From positions 60,643,684-60,707,113 of the forward strand of contig JASCQW010000098.1 in the NCBI GenBank assembly GCA_030264375.1: 63,430 nucleotides of DNA, read 5' to 3'. The translations under genes were made by a program, and so were the position numbers. Of the stretch, positions 25,858-37,880 are shown in pieces (within the stretch, counting starts at the first letter, position 1; each line of letters opens with the position of its first letter). The notes under the pieces were generated by a model. That model did not search any database, was not told where the DNA came from, and saw nothing but the letters and a program-made list of their open reading frames with translations. The DNA comes from Carcharhinus longimanus (Eukaryota).

Positions 25858-26354
25858 TCAAGGAACATAGAACATAGAACATTGTATTGTCTATCAACTG
25901 TGCCTTGGGAGATCTGATTCTCAAGATCCTGTTCTGAAGAGAAGCAGAAGGCAAAAGGACGCAAATGCTTCTGTAAAGTTTAAAATGGATTTGATGCTTA
26001 TTTTTGTCCTGAAAAGCCACTAATGTTGTCAACAAAACAAGTTCCTTCCAATCATGCCAGGAAATCAAAATAGCATTTCAGTTCAGTGCTTGGTATCATT
26101 TTTAATTATATTTTAATTAAGAAGTAGTATAAGGCATGGATACATCTCTTTTTAGCTTCTATTGTGTGACTTTACTGGCGTGGGCATTGCATATAAACAT
26201 GTACCATTTTATGTTGTTTTAAACTTTCATATTTTATTTATTTGATCAGAATCAGGGTTTTCTTATTGAGTGTAAGCAGAAAGAATTTGTTTTGCTGTTT
26301 TGAAAGATTACTGAAAATACACAAATAGTTCATGAAAATAGATTAACCATTACA

Positions 26355-26643
26355 GGTTCCAAGATGATGCCAGAGCATAGTGACTTCTTGCAAGCTGTAC
26401 CCAGTATACCCTATGATTCTATCTTTTACTCTTACTCTATACTTTTAAAACGCTAACTCTTTTAAACTCCGTAACAATGCTTTAATCATATTAAGTTGAT
26501 CTTTCTCTACACCCTAGCTATGACCAGAACACTACAGCCTCTCCTTTCCTTCTCTATGTACTGTACGCTTTGTATAATGCACAAGAAACAATATTTTTCA
26601 CTGCATATGAATACATGTGATAATAATAAATCAAATCAAATCA
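26355..26643 (+). mobile_element. Short non-autonomous derivative of a Rex1/Babar-type LINE
   Basis: Starts ggttccaagatga/gg-like; 3' part matches the 46785-46948 UTR; ends aataataaatcaaatcaaatca. Confidence 0.65.
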
Positions 26644-27166
26644 CATAAAGCTTGTCGTGAACTTTATCACAATTCTTAAGGACGTCATTAAAAGTTTCAT
26701 TGGATTCTATTACATTAATAATGCCTAAAGATAAGTTAGCTTGAGGTTCACATTGTTCTAAAGTTTGAGTTTACAAATATTTTTTAATCTTATGTGAGTG
26801 TTAAATATAACATATATAAGTTCATCCTCAACCTAGGCCTCCTTAGTCTGCTTAGGGTATTTGAGGTTTCAGGAAGAATTGTTAAGGCCTTATCTTACCA
26901 ATGCAGACTTACACATAAAGGATGACAAGTAGGAAAATAGCAGGTGTGTTAACCACAGCCTGCCTCCTGTTAAAGGATACAAAATTAGTGAATTTTTCAT
27001 TAAGTCACCTGCTGCGTGCAAAACCCTGCAGTTAGTTTGAGATTTCAAGAAGTTTTGTTTCTGTAGGAAGTAGAGCAGGAAATTCTCATACAGTCTGACT
27101 GTATCGACCCTTTATCGACCAATAGCACTTAAAAGTTCAGGGGAGATAAATATTCAATTCAGTCTG

Positions 27167-27288
27167 GTGTGCAAAATGGTTGTTGTGTTAACCTACATAA
27201 CACAATCACTGCACTTCAAAATAATACTTTCTTAGTTATGCTTTGAGACATTCTAAAAAATATAGTAAAGTAGTATATAAATGCAATT
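27167..27288 (+). mobile_element. DeuSINE 3' tail fragment
   Basis: gcaaaatggttg..cacttcaaa..ctttgagacattct..tatataaatgcaa. Confidence 0.55.
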
Positions 27289-27308
27289 ATTGTATTGTTA
27301 AAAGTTCT

Positions 27309-27617
27309 TAAAGTTTATTTATTAATGTCACAAGTAGGTTTACAATAACACTGCAATGAAGTTACTGTGAAAATCCCCTAGTTGTCAGTCTCTGGTATCT
27401 GTTTGGATGTACTGAGGGAAAATTTTAGCGTGGCCAATGCACCTAAACAGGATGTTTTTTGGACTGTGGGATGAAACCGGAGTACCCAGAGGAAACCTAT
27501 GCAGATGTGGGAAGATTGTGCAGACTCCTCACAGACAGTGACCCAAGACAGGAGTTGAGCCCAGGTCCCTGGTACTGTGAGGCAGCAGTGGTAACCAATG
27601 TGCCACTGTGTTGCCCC
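27309..27617 (-). mobile_element. V-SINE with type B tail
   Basis: Antisense of 5527-5843. Confidence 0.9.
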
Positions 27618-30600
27618 AGTACTTTGTAAATATAGGCTGTGTATAAATATCTCATATATTGTCCAATTGACAATTAAAATATAGCATTAAATTATCATGT
27701 TTAATAGATTTCATATTCAGAGAATCACATTGAACATGGATACAAGGCATGACAATTTGCCCATCATGTTTCTTCATACAAAGCCAGTGAATGTACATTA
27801 ACCCCTTTCTAGTTTCCACTTTTTTTGCTTTAATAAGAAATTATCTTAAGGACAAAATATGACTGAAATTGTAATGTTACTACAACTACATGATGCAGGC
27901 ATTAAAGTAAAAAAAGGGTTGTTTAAAACATTGAACAGGTTATTCTTCAAACTCTCATTCTAATATAAATAATAAAGATTTACATTGGGGTTATTCTACC
28001 ATACCCAGAAAATCAATCGCTTTTACAGATTCAATGATCCATTTGATGCCAACAATGTTATATAGAAAATTTCACCAGATGTTACTGTTGGACAATTGAA
28101 CTTATTCCAAATAGTTACTTGCATCTTATGTGGATTTATACCATATGGGATGGCATTACAATGCATGGACTGGGTAATTCCCGAGGTAATCCTCTGGAGT
28201 CTCCACTGTAGCGTGCATTATCTCAGCCACAGTAGGTCCCTGACCATCAATAACTGCTCTGTCCACTAGTTATACAACACAACTGGATAGGTCGAATAAT
28301 TTGTTCAGAATTCTCCTCTATTGCAGTGATGTGATAGCCAGGCTTACACTTAATGCTTCTGTGAAAAATATCATTTCTTTGCTTTTCTTATTGTTATTCT
28401 TCACTTAGTGGGCTGGCTTACTCTAAGCTTATAGACTAAGAGGACGACTAGAAATAAATTACACAACACATAACAGTATAACAGTAACACTGAAATACAC
28501 AGAAAATTACTCTGGCACATTTGATCCAAAGAGAATAATCAATCTTATGCTAGCGTCATGTGTAGCTGTTCCGAGAATGAGAGAAATACTAAGATAATGG
28601 TTAAAGCAACAATCAAAGGTAAAGGACGCTAGTTAAATTCACATAAATAGCAATTATACAAAAAACATTTCTCCTGCAGGTAAGAACACAATATATAGGC
28701 ATTTGATTGATTTTTGAATAGAGAAATATATACTAAGTTGAAGTAAAATAGTTTGGATTTTTCAAGTGATCTTTCATGCTGCAGCAGGAACTTTTAATTT
28801 GCTGTTGGTGTTGATTTTATATCAGAGGTGAATTCAATGTTAATTATGGATAAATACCCAAGGAAAGCAAAAATAATTAAATTTTAATTTATGATGTCCA
28901 GCTATTTTCTATTAAGAGCATTCATCTTCTCAAGAAAATTAGAGTTAAAAATTCAAATAACATTTTTAAATTCATCAAATTAAGCTAACATTCATTAATA
29001 CGTGAAATTAAAATATTGCTTTAAAATTATTCTTTTAGCATCTAATGATATTCTCCAGATTATCAATCTAATCAAGACCAGAGTTTGGGGTGGATGTGAC
29101 AATGGAAAACTATTAGACAAAAAGTACTGGGAAAATGAATAAGCTAAATAAAGGCTGTTATCAATTAATGAAGTTGGTATCTGTAATATTCTTCGTTTTC
29201 TTTTCTATTATCTTATTAACATGACTTTAATTTGAGTGATAACAGATAAGAAGGTTCATAAAATAATGAGGAATGTGCATGTGGTATTATCTAGCAACAT
29301 TCAGTACTTGGCTTCAATAAAGATAACAATCCTTTGTATTGTTAAAACCTGTCTGACTCCCAACTACCAGACACTTCCTACTGCTCTGCTTACATACAAA
29401 CACTCCAAATTAGCAATTCAACTCCTTATTTTGATTTTTGATTCCCCTCTGGCTACTAATTAAAGCTTAATCAAAACCGTTGAACTGATGTTGTAAAGAA
29501 TTCATTAATATTAAAATTAGCCCCAACAATTTTTTTGGCAGGGTGGGTGGGAGGAAGAGAAATTGGTAAAATTCTATTGTCAGACAAATGTTTGAAACTC
29601 AGAAGTTCATGTTATTTGAGATTAATGCGTAAAAAGATTGTTAAATATTTCTGATGTAAATGATGATTTTCTTAGTTGTTAATGCAATATAATGTGCAAG
29701 GTATGCTTAATTCCTGTACAATATTCACAGCAGCAGGAAGTTGAACTCATGATTTTTCTTAAATCTTATAGCAGAATTTTAAAAATAGATTAAATTTAAA
29801 CAGAAATGAACATTGGATCGTGGAGACTAATGATATTCTGATGTAGAAAATAGTTTTTTAGGATTAGTAACTAATTATCAGCTGAGAATCCAATAATATT
29901 TAAAAGTATTACTTATTACAGAATGCATACTTATGTGTATGCTTTTACTGTAATAATTTTTAGACATAGGATAAATTGTACATAGAGTTCTTAACTATTT
30001 CTCTGTGATCTGTTTCAACAAATAGACAATATATGTCTGGATAAACTAGTTTCAATTTTATTTAGAAAATTATTTTTCTGTCATTCTAATTTCCAGTAAA
30101 TGGGACAGATCCAGTCATTCCATACAAATTTCTCGTTTCTGAACTTAAATGAACATATACAACAGCAGACCTCTGCTGCTGCTGTTTTTCATCAAGTGCC
30201 TGTGTTTAAAATTTATTTGACAACCTTCAACAAATAAATCTTTTTTTTTAGAAACAAGTAGCAAAGTAAAATTTCTCCAGGTTAGATCATTCTTGTATCC
30301 AGAAAATAAACATTAACATTGACATTTTTGACGACATTTTTGAAATCAAGTTCTGCTGTTAAATTATTTTTCTTAAAATTATGCAAGATTAAACAATCGT
30401 GTCATTACAATATTCAAAAATATTTTTGTTATAAGTAGTAATACTACTTATAACAAATAAAGCTCTCTCAGTCTTCCGAGATTGACACTTAAAATATAAT
30501 GTTTTTTTTCTGTTCCAACTTTATATATGTCAATGCATTAACATTTCCTTTTGATATAAACATAAACAGAGTTGATTTTTTTATGTTAAGCTGTAATATT

Positions 30601-31744
30601 TTGAGCTACAATTTCTATTTTGACAACAGCAAATCTCTTGCAACCTGCTATTTTGTTTTTCCTCTGAGTATTAGTATTCATGCATTTTAACCTTTTCCTT
30701 CAAACTCAAGCCCAACATTAACTGACATTCTATTTGAATTACTAGTTGTTTCTAATTACCTTTTGGTTTTGAAAGGATGGATAATTAGCTTACTTAGAAG
30801 ATGAAGTTATCAATCTTATTTAAAAAATAATGGAATTCTTTCCAGAATAAGTATAGATATTTTGTTAAAAAAAAGCTGTTATTAAAACCTAAAAATTAAC
30901 ATGTATTTAAACACTGTGAAAATTGCAAAAAAAAAGAAAATAAGCATTAACAGATAATGATAAATAAGATATGCATCTAGGCCACATGTAAATAGAATTT
31001 CTGACATAGAAATCTTGCATACATATCCAAAGGAAAACAACATATGTCTACTTTTTCTCTGACTGACCAAATCAACAATGGCATGCATTGTACTCAATTC
31101 TAAAATCTTGGTGACAATTTCTCTCCTGTTATTCAAATACATTTTGACTCATGACAAGAGGATGTAATTTACAAAACAGAACATGCCTATCAGTGGAACT
31201 TGAATTTGCATAATGAGGATACTTTCATTTCTGCGAGCACTTTTCCTTTTTTTTGACGTACCAACTTGAAGCCAGGCAAGAACCCAGTAAAAAAAATGTC
31301 AATATACATAAGTAGGGAAATGATGAATAAAGCAGCCGCCTGTTTCCGAACGCGAGCATTTATCACAACTTGAGTAAACAGAACAAGTTTTGCTTTCAGA
31401 ATACAATTATAGCCCTGCTAGGACCTGCTGTTATAAAGTATTGTATCAAATTAGAAAAGTCTGACAATGCCTTAAGCAGTAGTCATCACAGGATGAGGAA
31501 AAGGTTTTTTAAAAGTATTTTAAGGCTACGGTGAGATGTCGAAGAACAACATTTTGACACTAATTTAATTCAGTTGTTAATTTGATTACAATTCTGATCT
31601 AATTATTTCTGAAATGTCTATGGCTAATGTACTTTCACATCCACTATACATGCAACTTACTAATCACTGTTTCTCTTGTGTTAGAACCTGCTTTTCCATA
31701 GGATATAAGCTGACAGATATCAGTTAGCACAATAATTGAAAAAT

Positions 31745-32172
31745 AAGAAGGAATTTGTATTTATGTAACACATTTCACAAACTTGGGACATCACAAAGCA
31801 CTTAGCACTCAACAAGATATTTTTGAAACCAGTGCTGTAAAGAAACGCAGTAACCAAATTAAGCACCGCAAGGTCCAGCAATGACATAACGACCAGGTAA
31901 CCCCTTTTCTGGTGATACTGATTGAGGAAAAGAATGTTGATCATGACAACTTTCCTGCATTTCTTTTGGCACAGGATCGTCTATTTTCACTTGAAAGGAC
32001 AAATAGGGCCTCAGTTCAATGTTTGTCTGAAAGTTATCGCTTCTGACAATGCACCACTCCTTCAGTACTCTACTAAAATGCCAGTTGAAAATTATGTGCT
32101 TAAGCACCTGGATGCAAACTTGATCCCACAACCTTTGGCTTTCGAGGTGAAAACATTACCACTGACTCAAGG
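31745..32172 (-). mobile_element. Near full-length DeuSINE (SacSINE1/AmnSINE1-like)
   Basis: tRNA-like head, Deu core (gggcctcagttcaatgtttgtctgaaag..ctgacaatgcaccactccttcagtact) and tail ending tacataaatacaaattccttctt. Confidence 0.8.
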
Positions 32173-33819
32173 TTGAAAATGTTTGCCTGAGCATCTGAGT
32201 TCCACCAGCTTTCTTCAGTAACTGTAACTGAAATAACTAACTCAGGGAGGTTGAATTTAAAAAGCCTTGGACTATTTGTAGTTCTAAGGGAGAGTATAGT
32301 GTAACTATCTTACTGCCCTATTCTATTGTGATTAGCCTAAAAATGGATTGACATGGAAACTGGTTTATTTAAGCTCGTAACAAAAATTAAAATTAATTGA
32401 TCCTATTATTATTTTGCACCTTGAAACATATCTATATGATTGATCATATGGAATTGCGGTTAATATAAACAAATGGAAATTAAATGAATACAGCATTGAT
32501 TTTTTCACAAAATATACTCAAAATTAATAATCATAAAATATTTGTCAATCAAATAAAGAAATTTAAAAATGTTATTTGTTTTTCTGGTTTATAATTATTC
32601 ATCATCAAATGAAGTCTGGAGTATTTAACTGCTGTAATTTTTGTAATTTATGTTGTAGCATAGTAGGGCTTAAAAAAACAGGTAAGTCAGTTAATACTCA
32701 GTGAATTTATGTATTATGCCTTTTTAATGTAAAGACTATATATGTACATAAAATGTGTGTATTTAGAATTTGTATTTATTCTTATATTGTGTGTAGAAAA
32801 AATAAGATTCTAAAAATACATAACCTCACAATTAATTATCAGATATTATTTAAAAACTGGCTACATTTTCCATTCAATTTTTTTCCATTTGAAGTAAATT
32901 ATGCAACATAATCTCATGCTAATTAACACAGCATGGGGGGAAAATTCCGTTGGCTGTTATTTCTCGTGATATCGCAAATACATCTGTGAAGGTTCTTCAG
33001 TTCAGTATCTGCAGTAAACTTAGAAAGCTTACAATGCAAAGAACACGTCTATCCTTTCCTTAAGAATACAGACATTGGAGTGGAAAACTTCATGAGCATA
33101 TTTTAAAATGTTGCTACACATAGTGACCAAACGAATTCTTACCCCATATCATTAATTTTATTACACTTGAGATCCGAACAACAATTAATTGAGAAGTAAT
33201 AATTAGCTGTGTTCAATTAATCACAGAGTAGATGGCACTCCTACTGAGGATAGTGTAGCTGGTTATTATGCTTTAGGTTTTGTTGTCAGTTTCTGGAAAG
33301 CACATTGTAAAATAATTAACAATGCAAAGCTTTGATTAAAGGGAAGCAGCTTCATTTAAAAGATATTACTTCGATAATCGTAAGCTCAGTGCTGTAATTT
33401 TTGTCTTCCTGGAAAACAAAATGGCCCAGTCTGTAACAGAAATACTGCTGTGTATACTCTTGTATATTTGATAAATTTTTCACAAAATGGAGATTGCTTC
33501 ACATCGTGTACAATATTTTCCCAGAACAACTTTTCACAAAATATTGGTGAGTTAGAACCTAAGATAGGAATCAAAATGTGAGTCAAATAAGACCGGAAAG
33601 ACTCATTTTGCTGATCCCAATATCCCATAATGCTTTTAAAATCATTTGACCATGATATAATCATCATATGATTTTCATGATAAGTTACAAATTAATATTT
33701 GCATCCAAATAATCATTTTGTAATACAGATCTTGAGTATTGCTGAAAAAATATATTCTGTCAAAGCTTTTTGTCTTGCACTTATCAGGATAATCACAAAA
33801 ATACCAATGTCAGGAGAAA

Positions 33820-34080
33820 CAACCACATTATACTGTATTGGAAGAGAGTGCTGATTGGTTGGCAAATTGACTCTGATTTGTTGAGGCATTGCCACGGTGA
33901 ATACACCAGCTACTAGTGACTGACAGTTAATTGCTAAGTATAGTTTGAAAATTTAAACCAAAGCTGATTAGTCAAGGCATTGCTCTGAGGAAGGAACCAG
34001 CAAATGGCTACAACTTATTTTGATTAACTGAAACGGGCGCATTTTGTGTACATGAGCATGTGTTCTTTGTAGGCAAAAAG
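33820..34080. repeat. Ancient unclassified dispersed repeat
   Basis: Internally repeated ctgatt(g/t)gtt..aggcattgc motifs; resembles a repeat I recall from shark genomes, family not assigned. Confidence 0.35.
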
Positions 34081-34255
34081 AACACGCACACACATTGTGC
34101 CTGTTCCAATTAAAAAAGAAACAAGTGATAGCCATTCACTAATTCTAGTTTAGCAACTTATTGTGTTGCATGTTGATTATCTCTAACTTGGAATAATTCA
34201 CTAGTGGATTGATTAATTAGCGATGTTATCATCCTTCATTGCTAGCTATCGCAAA

Positions 34256-34391
34256 GGGTGGAATTTTACAGCCCCTCTCGCTAGTGGGATATTCCGGTCC
34301 CACAAAAGTCAATGGACTTTGAATGGCTCACCACAATTCTCCCCCCACCAACCCCCCTGCCACACCATGATGGGGGCTTAAAATTCCACCC
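34256..34391. mobile_element. MITE with perfect 13-bp TIRs
   Basis: gggtggaatttta (34256-34268) / taaaattccaccc (34379-34391). Confidence 0.8.
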
Positions 34392-34509
34392 ATAGGGGTA
34401 AATCCTTCAATCCCAGGCAGAACATTTTAACGTCCATTGACGGTGGACAGGAATTCTCGACCTCAGGGCAGATGTGACTGGAAAATCTTGCTCATAGTCT
34501 CTGTACAAT

Positions 34510-34819
34510 TATAGAATCCCTACAGTTCAGAAGCAGGTCATTCACACCATCAAGCCTGTACTGACAATAATCCCACCCCAGGCCCTATGCCCGTAACCTC
34601 ACATATTTATCTTACTAATCACCCTGACAGTATGGGGCAATTTAGCATGGCCAATCAACCTATCCTGAACCTCTTTGGACTATGGGAGGAAACTGGACCC
34701 CCCAGAAGAAACCCATGCAGACATAGAGAGAACATGCAGACTCCACATCCAACGCCAAAATTGAACCTGGGTCCCTGCATCTGGGAGACAGCAGTGCTAA
34801 CCACTGTGCCACCATGCCA
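34510..34819 (-). mobile_element. HE1-type V-SINE
   Basis: Head, V-domain and tail. Confidence 0.88.
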
Positions 34820-36093
34820 CATTTAATGTTCTTTTATTGTTGTAAGCAATACAACTTAAAATGTCACTTATCATCTTGTTGCTTTGTTGCATGAGGATTA
34901 TGTATATTCCTTGTATTTTGTACATCATTACAACATACTAATAACATATACAAGAGGAGATTTCTAAGTGTGTTCAGATGGCAAGGAAATATGCCTTTTC
35001 ATTGTGTATTGGAAAGAAGTCACAAGGACAATGGGTGGAATTTTCTCCTTTGAGTGGGGAAGCACAAGTCAGGCCATTTCCTGGTGTTGCATTCTCAGCT
35101 TCCTCAAGTCAACTTATTCACCTTGAATTTTCATCTTCCAGAGTCAGAGGGTATCTGGAACCATAGCTTCCACCTCCCAATATGGGCCTGAAATGGGAAT
35201 GAAGGTAGGCAGATGCTGAGGCAGATAGGGTAGAAGACCCATCTCTATTCACTGGGACATTGGGCATTAGCCCAGTTCTTGACATGGTTGTGAGACTCAT
35301 TAACCCTGGGAAATATTTGAAATAGTCAAGCAATTTAAAAAAAATCAGCTACTCAAACCTCAGCTGAAAAAAAATTGCCCTCCTAGAAGCTCATAAAACT
35401 GTCAATCAAACACACTGCCCCTCACCTCTTTTTTATTCTTTCAATTCAGAATTCTAGTAATAGACTTAACTCAAAAGGGGTTGTTGTTACAGCAACAGAG
35501 ACAATCGTGTTCAGGGCTTTCTGTTCCTGCTTTCACTGGGTGGTTAATTTTCCTCAAGAAGGTACTGGTGAGCTGTCTAAAATTGCTACAATCATGTGGT
35601 GTAGGCATATAGTGCTGTAAAAAAGGGAAGACTCTCCGATCTCAATTTGTTATTTATCAATCAAGGTAAACACAAAGCCATTCAAAAATGTCTTCAAAGC
35701 ATTAAATCCTATTAGCTCCCCCTCTTAGAAGGTTCTCAAGCTGTCAATCAAGCAGATAGGCAGGCCTGGAACTTTTCTGATATCGGGAAAAGCAGCACTG
35801 AAGCCGACAGTGGCAATGGTGGCTTTCTCTGCCATATAGTACAGGACTTAGAAAAAAAAACTTGGTGTCATGGGTTAGACCATGTATCGTTGCCCACCCT
35901 GCCAGAAACTCAGACACTTAATGATCCAGAAGATCATGTTTCAAGGTTGCTGCAGTGCACAGTAAGCAAACCAGCTCACCCAGATTCACCCTCCCAGCAC
36001 ATTCTTGCACCTCCTCCAAAACTACCCTGCTAGGTCCTGGCACTACGCTAACATTAAGCTGGCACTCCTCAGCTGCACATGGCTCCACCTAGC

Positions 36094-36192
36094 CACAGTA
36101 AAAAGTCTGACAACACCAGGTTTTAGTCCAACCGATTTATTTGATAGTAAACTCACTAGCTTTCGAGGGGTTTTGTCAGATTTTTTACTGTG
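36094..36192 (-). mobile_element. Inverted Penelope-like pseudo-LTR fragment with short fold-back end
   Basis: 36094-36172 is the reverse complement of 37201-37280 (about 5 mismatches plus 1 indel); 36173-36192 is an inverted copy of 36094-36113. Confidence 0.85.
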
Positions 36193-36544
36193 TTAGACCT
36201 GGAGGACTCAGTCCTGTACATCTCAGTGAGAATTCCTCAATGTGACTGGTTAATGAGACACACTGTTACTTGTCATGCTTGCAGATTTCCTGTTGAAGGT
36301 GACATACCTAAAAGCATCTCCAAGTACCGAGTGAAAAAAATGTATGGAGATGCCTTTAGGTATGTCACCTTCTACATTTCCACTCAAAAGCCCACTAAAA
36401 GTTCCTGGGCAATTCTAAGCACAGAGACCAATGTATATAGTTTTTTTTTGTTGCTGATCTTGAAATTTGCATTGATGACTTTCTTGAGTTACTTGTCTTG
36501 CTGCGTGACTATAACTCACCTTTACTGTTCTTGCCCAGGTCAAT

Positions 36545-36737
36545 CTATATGTAACTTCAGTCCCACGCCAAAATGCTTGAGTCTTAACTGCCTTTTGAAA
36601 GGCTTGGGAAGGTGATCCATTGTGTCAATTTGACACGAAGCAGGTAGCCCACAACTACCATTCAGGGCAACTAAAGGTAGATAATCAGTAAATAGTACCC
36701 TTCCCAACAATGTCCGTATCTAAAGAATTAATAAAAG
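36545..36737 (+). mobile_element. Decayed SINE 3' part (same family as 50155-50507)
   Basis: tgtaacttcagtcccac..gagtcttaactgcctt..agggcaacta..aataaaa. Confidence 0.55.
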
Positions 36738-36952
36738 ATCCATAAGAAAGATCAATTTTTTTCATGTAAATTTGATCAGGATACAGAATGAATTGATTGA
36801 ACACGTGAATAGTTTAGTTGGGGTAACACAAGTCATCTCCAAGTCTCTTGTCTAGTGATGAGATAAGGTGCCAACGTATCTGCTCTTGATTATTCCTCAG
36901 TGAACCTCTCTGCTCGCCATACACTGCATGTACAGATATTTCTATGAGAGCA

Positions 36953-37025
36953 ATAAGAACATAAGAACATAAGAAATAGGAGCAGGAGTAGGCCATCTAG
37001 CCCTTCGAGCCTGCCCCGCCATTCA
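36953..37025 (-). mobile_element. Young CR1 3' end at gap
   Basis: (taagaaca)x3 plus terminal hairpin, near-identical to the other gap-edge copies. Confidence 0.85.
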
Positions 37026-37125
37026 NNNNNNNNNNNNNNNNNNNNNNNNNNNNNNNNNNNNNNNNNNNNNNNNNNNNNNNNNNNNNNNNNNNNNNNNNNN
37101 NNNNNNNNNNNNNNNNNNNNNNNNN

Positions 37126-37316
37126 CAGTAATCTCTAAACTGTCTGTGCTTTATATGCTCTGTCTGAGGCCAGAACTCTCCATTCACCTGAAGAAGAGGG
37201 AACCCCCTCGAAAGCTAGTGAGTTTATTATCAAGTAAATTGGTTGGACTAAAGCCCGGTGTTGTCAGACTTTTTACTGTGTTTACCCCAGTCCAACACCA
37301 GCATATCCACATCATG
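37126..37316 (+). mobile_element. Penelope-like element 3' pseudo-LTR with tail extension
   Basis: Hammerhead motif followed by aaattggttggactaaagcccggtgttgtcagactttttactgtg and tail ccccagtccaacaccagcatatccacatc. Confidence 0.85.
37183..37222 (+). ncRNA. Minimal type-I hammerhead ribozyme (Penelope-type)
   Basis: UUCAC-CUGAAGA-A-GAGGG(AACC)CCCUC-GAAA-GC-UA^GUGAG: stem I UUCAC/GUGAG, perfect 5-bp stem II, palindromic AGCU stem III, CUA cleavage triplet. Confidence 0.8.
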
Positions 37317-37639
37317 TCCACCTAGCCATGCAGAAGAACACTTTAACCACTGGATAAATTGATTTACCTGATATGGAGCCCAGTTACCTCAATGAAAATG
37401 CTGATTTCAAAGAAAATTGCATGCTCTGAAGGCATTTATGTAACAACCCATCATGCTTCCTGCTTTGGGGAAAATGGTCTATTGGGACTGCCTGGTTAAG
37501 CTTAAAATTACAGCTGCACATGGCTCCACCTAGGTCCTAATATAGTTTCACTCAGTTGAAATCCAGGTTTTTCACCCATCAATTTCAATTTACTGCTAAG
37601 TACGAGTGAGCTGGATGCCATTTCACCCAGTGACAAAGC

Positions 37640-37880
37640 CTCATCAAAAACGTTATTCCAATCTTTTCAATGGATGGATTTTGCTGAATCGTTAAGTGAG
37701 AGAGAAGAGGGTGAACAGAGTGGGGAAAGTTCTGCTCCATGGGTGGGTCGACAAACTCTCCAGGTAACACCTCCCTCACCAGTGAGAAAAGATGGCTTAC
37801 AAGGTCAATGCAAGGATATTCACTCACACAACATGCTGCAATGCCATATAAAGTTTAATGATCTGAGGAGATTTGTCAAG
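37640..37880 (+). pseudogene. Harbinger Myb/SANT-like exon relic
   Basis: ..KMAYKVNAR / HNMLQCHIKFNDLRRFVK|GTAAG, matching the QC.KKFNDL motif with a donor at the same position as the other copies. Confidence 0.65.

Noticed and set aside
32659-32687. 23-nt microexon candidate (ttgtAG..CAG|GTAAGT)
   Set aside because: Weak acceptor, not frame-preserving, and no host gene identified
36190-36615. 141-aa ORF within the Penelope-flanked cargo
   Set aside because: Non-ATG start, no RT or GIY-YIG motifs, and it runs into a decayed SINE
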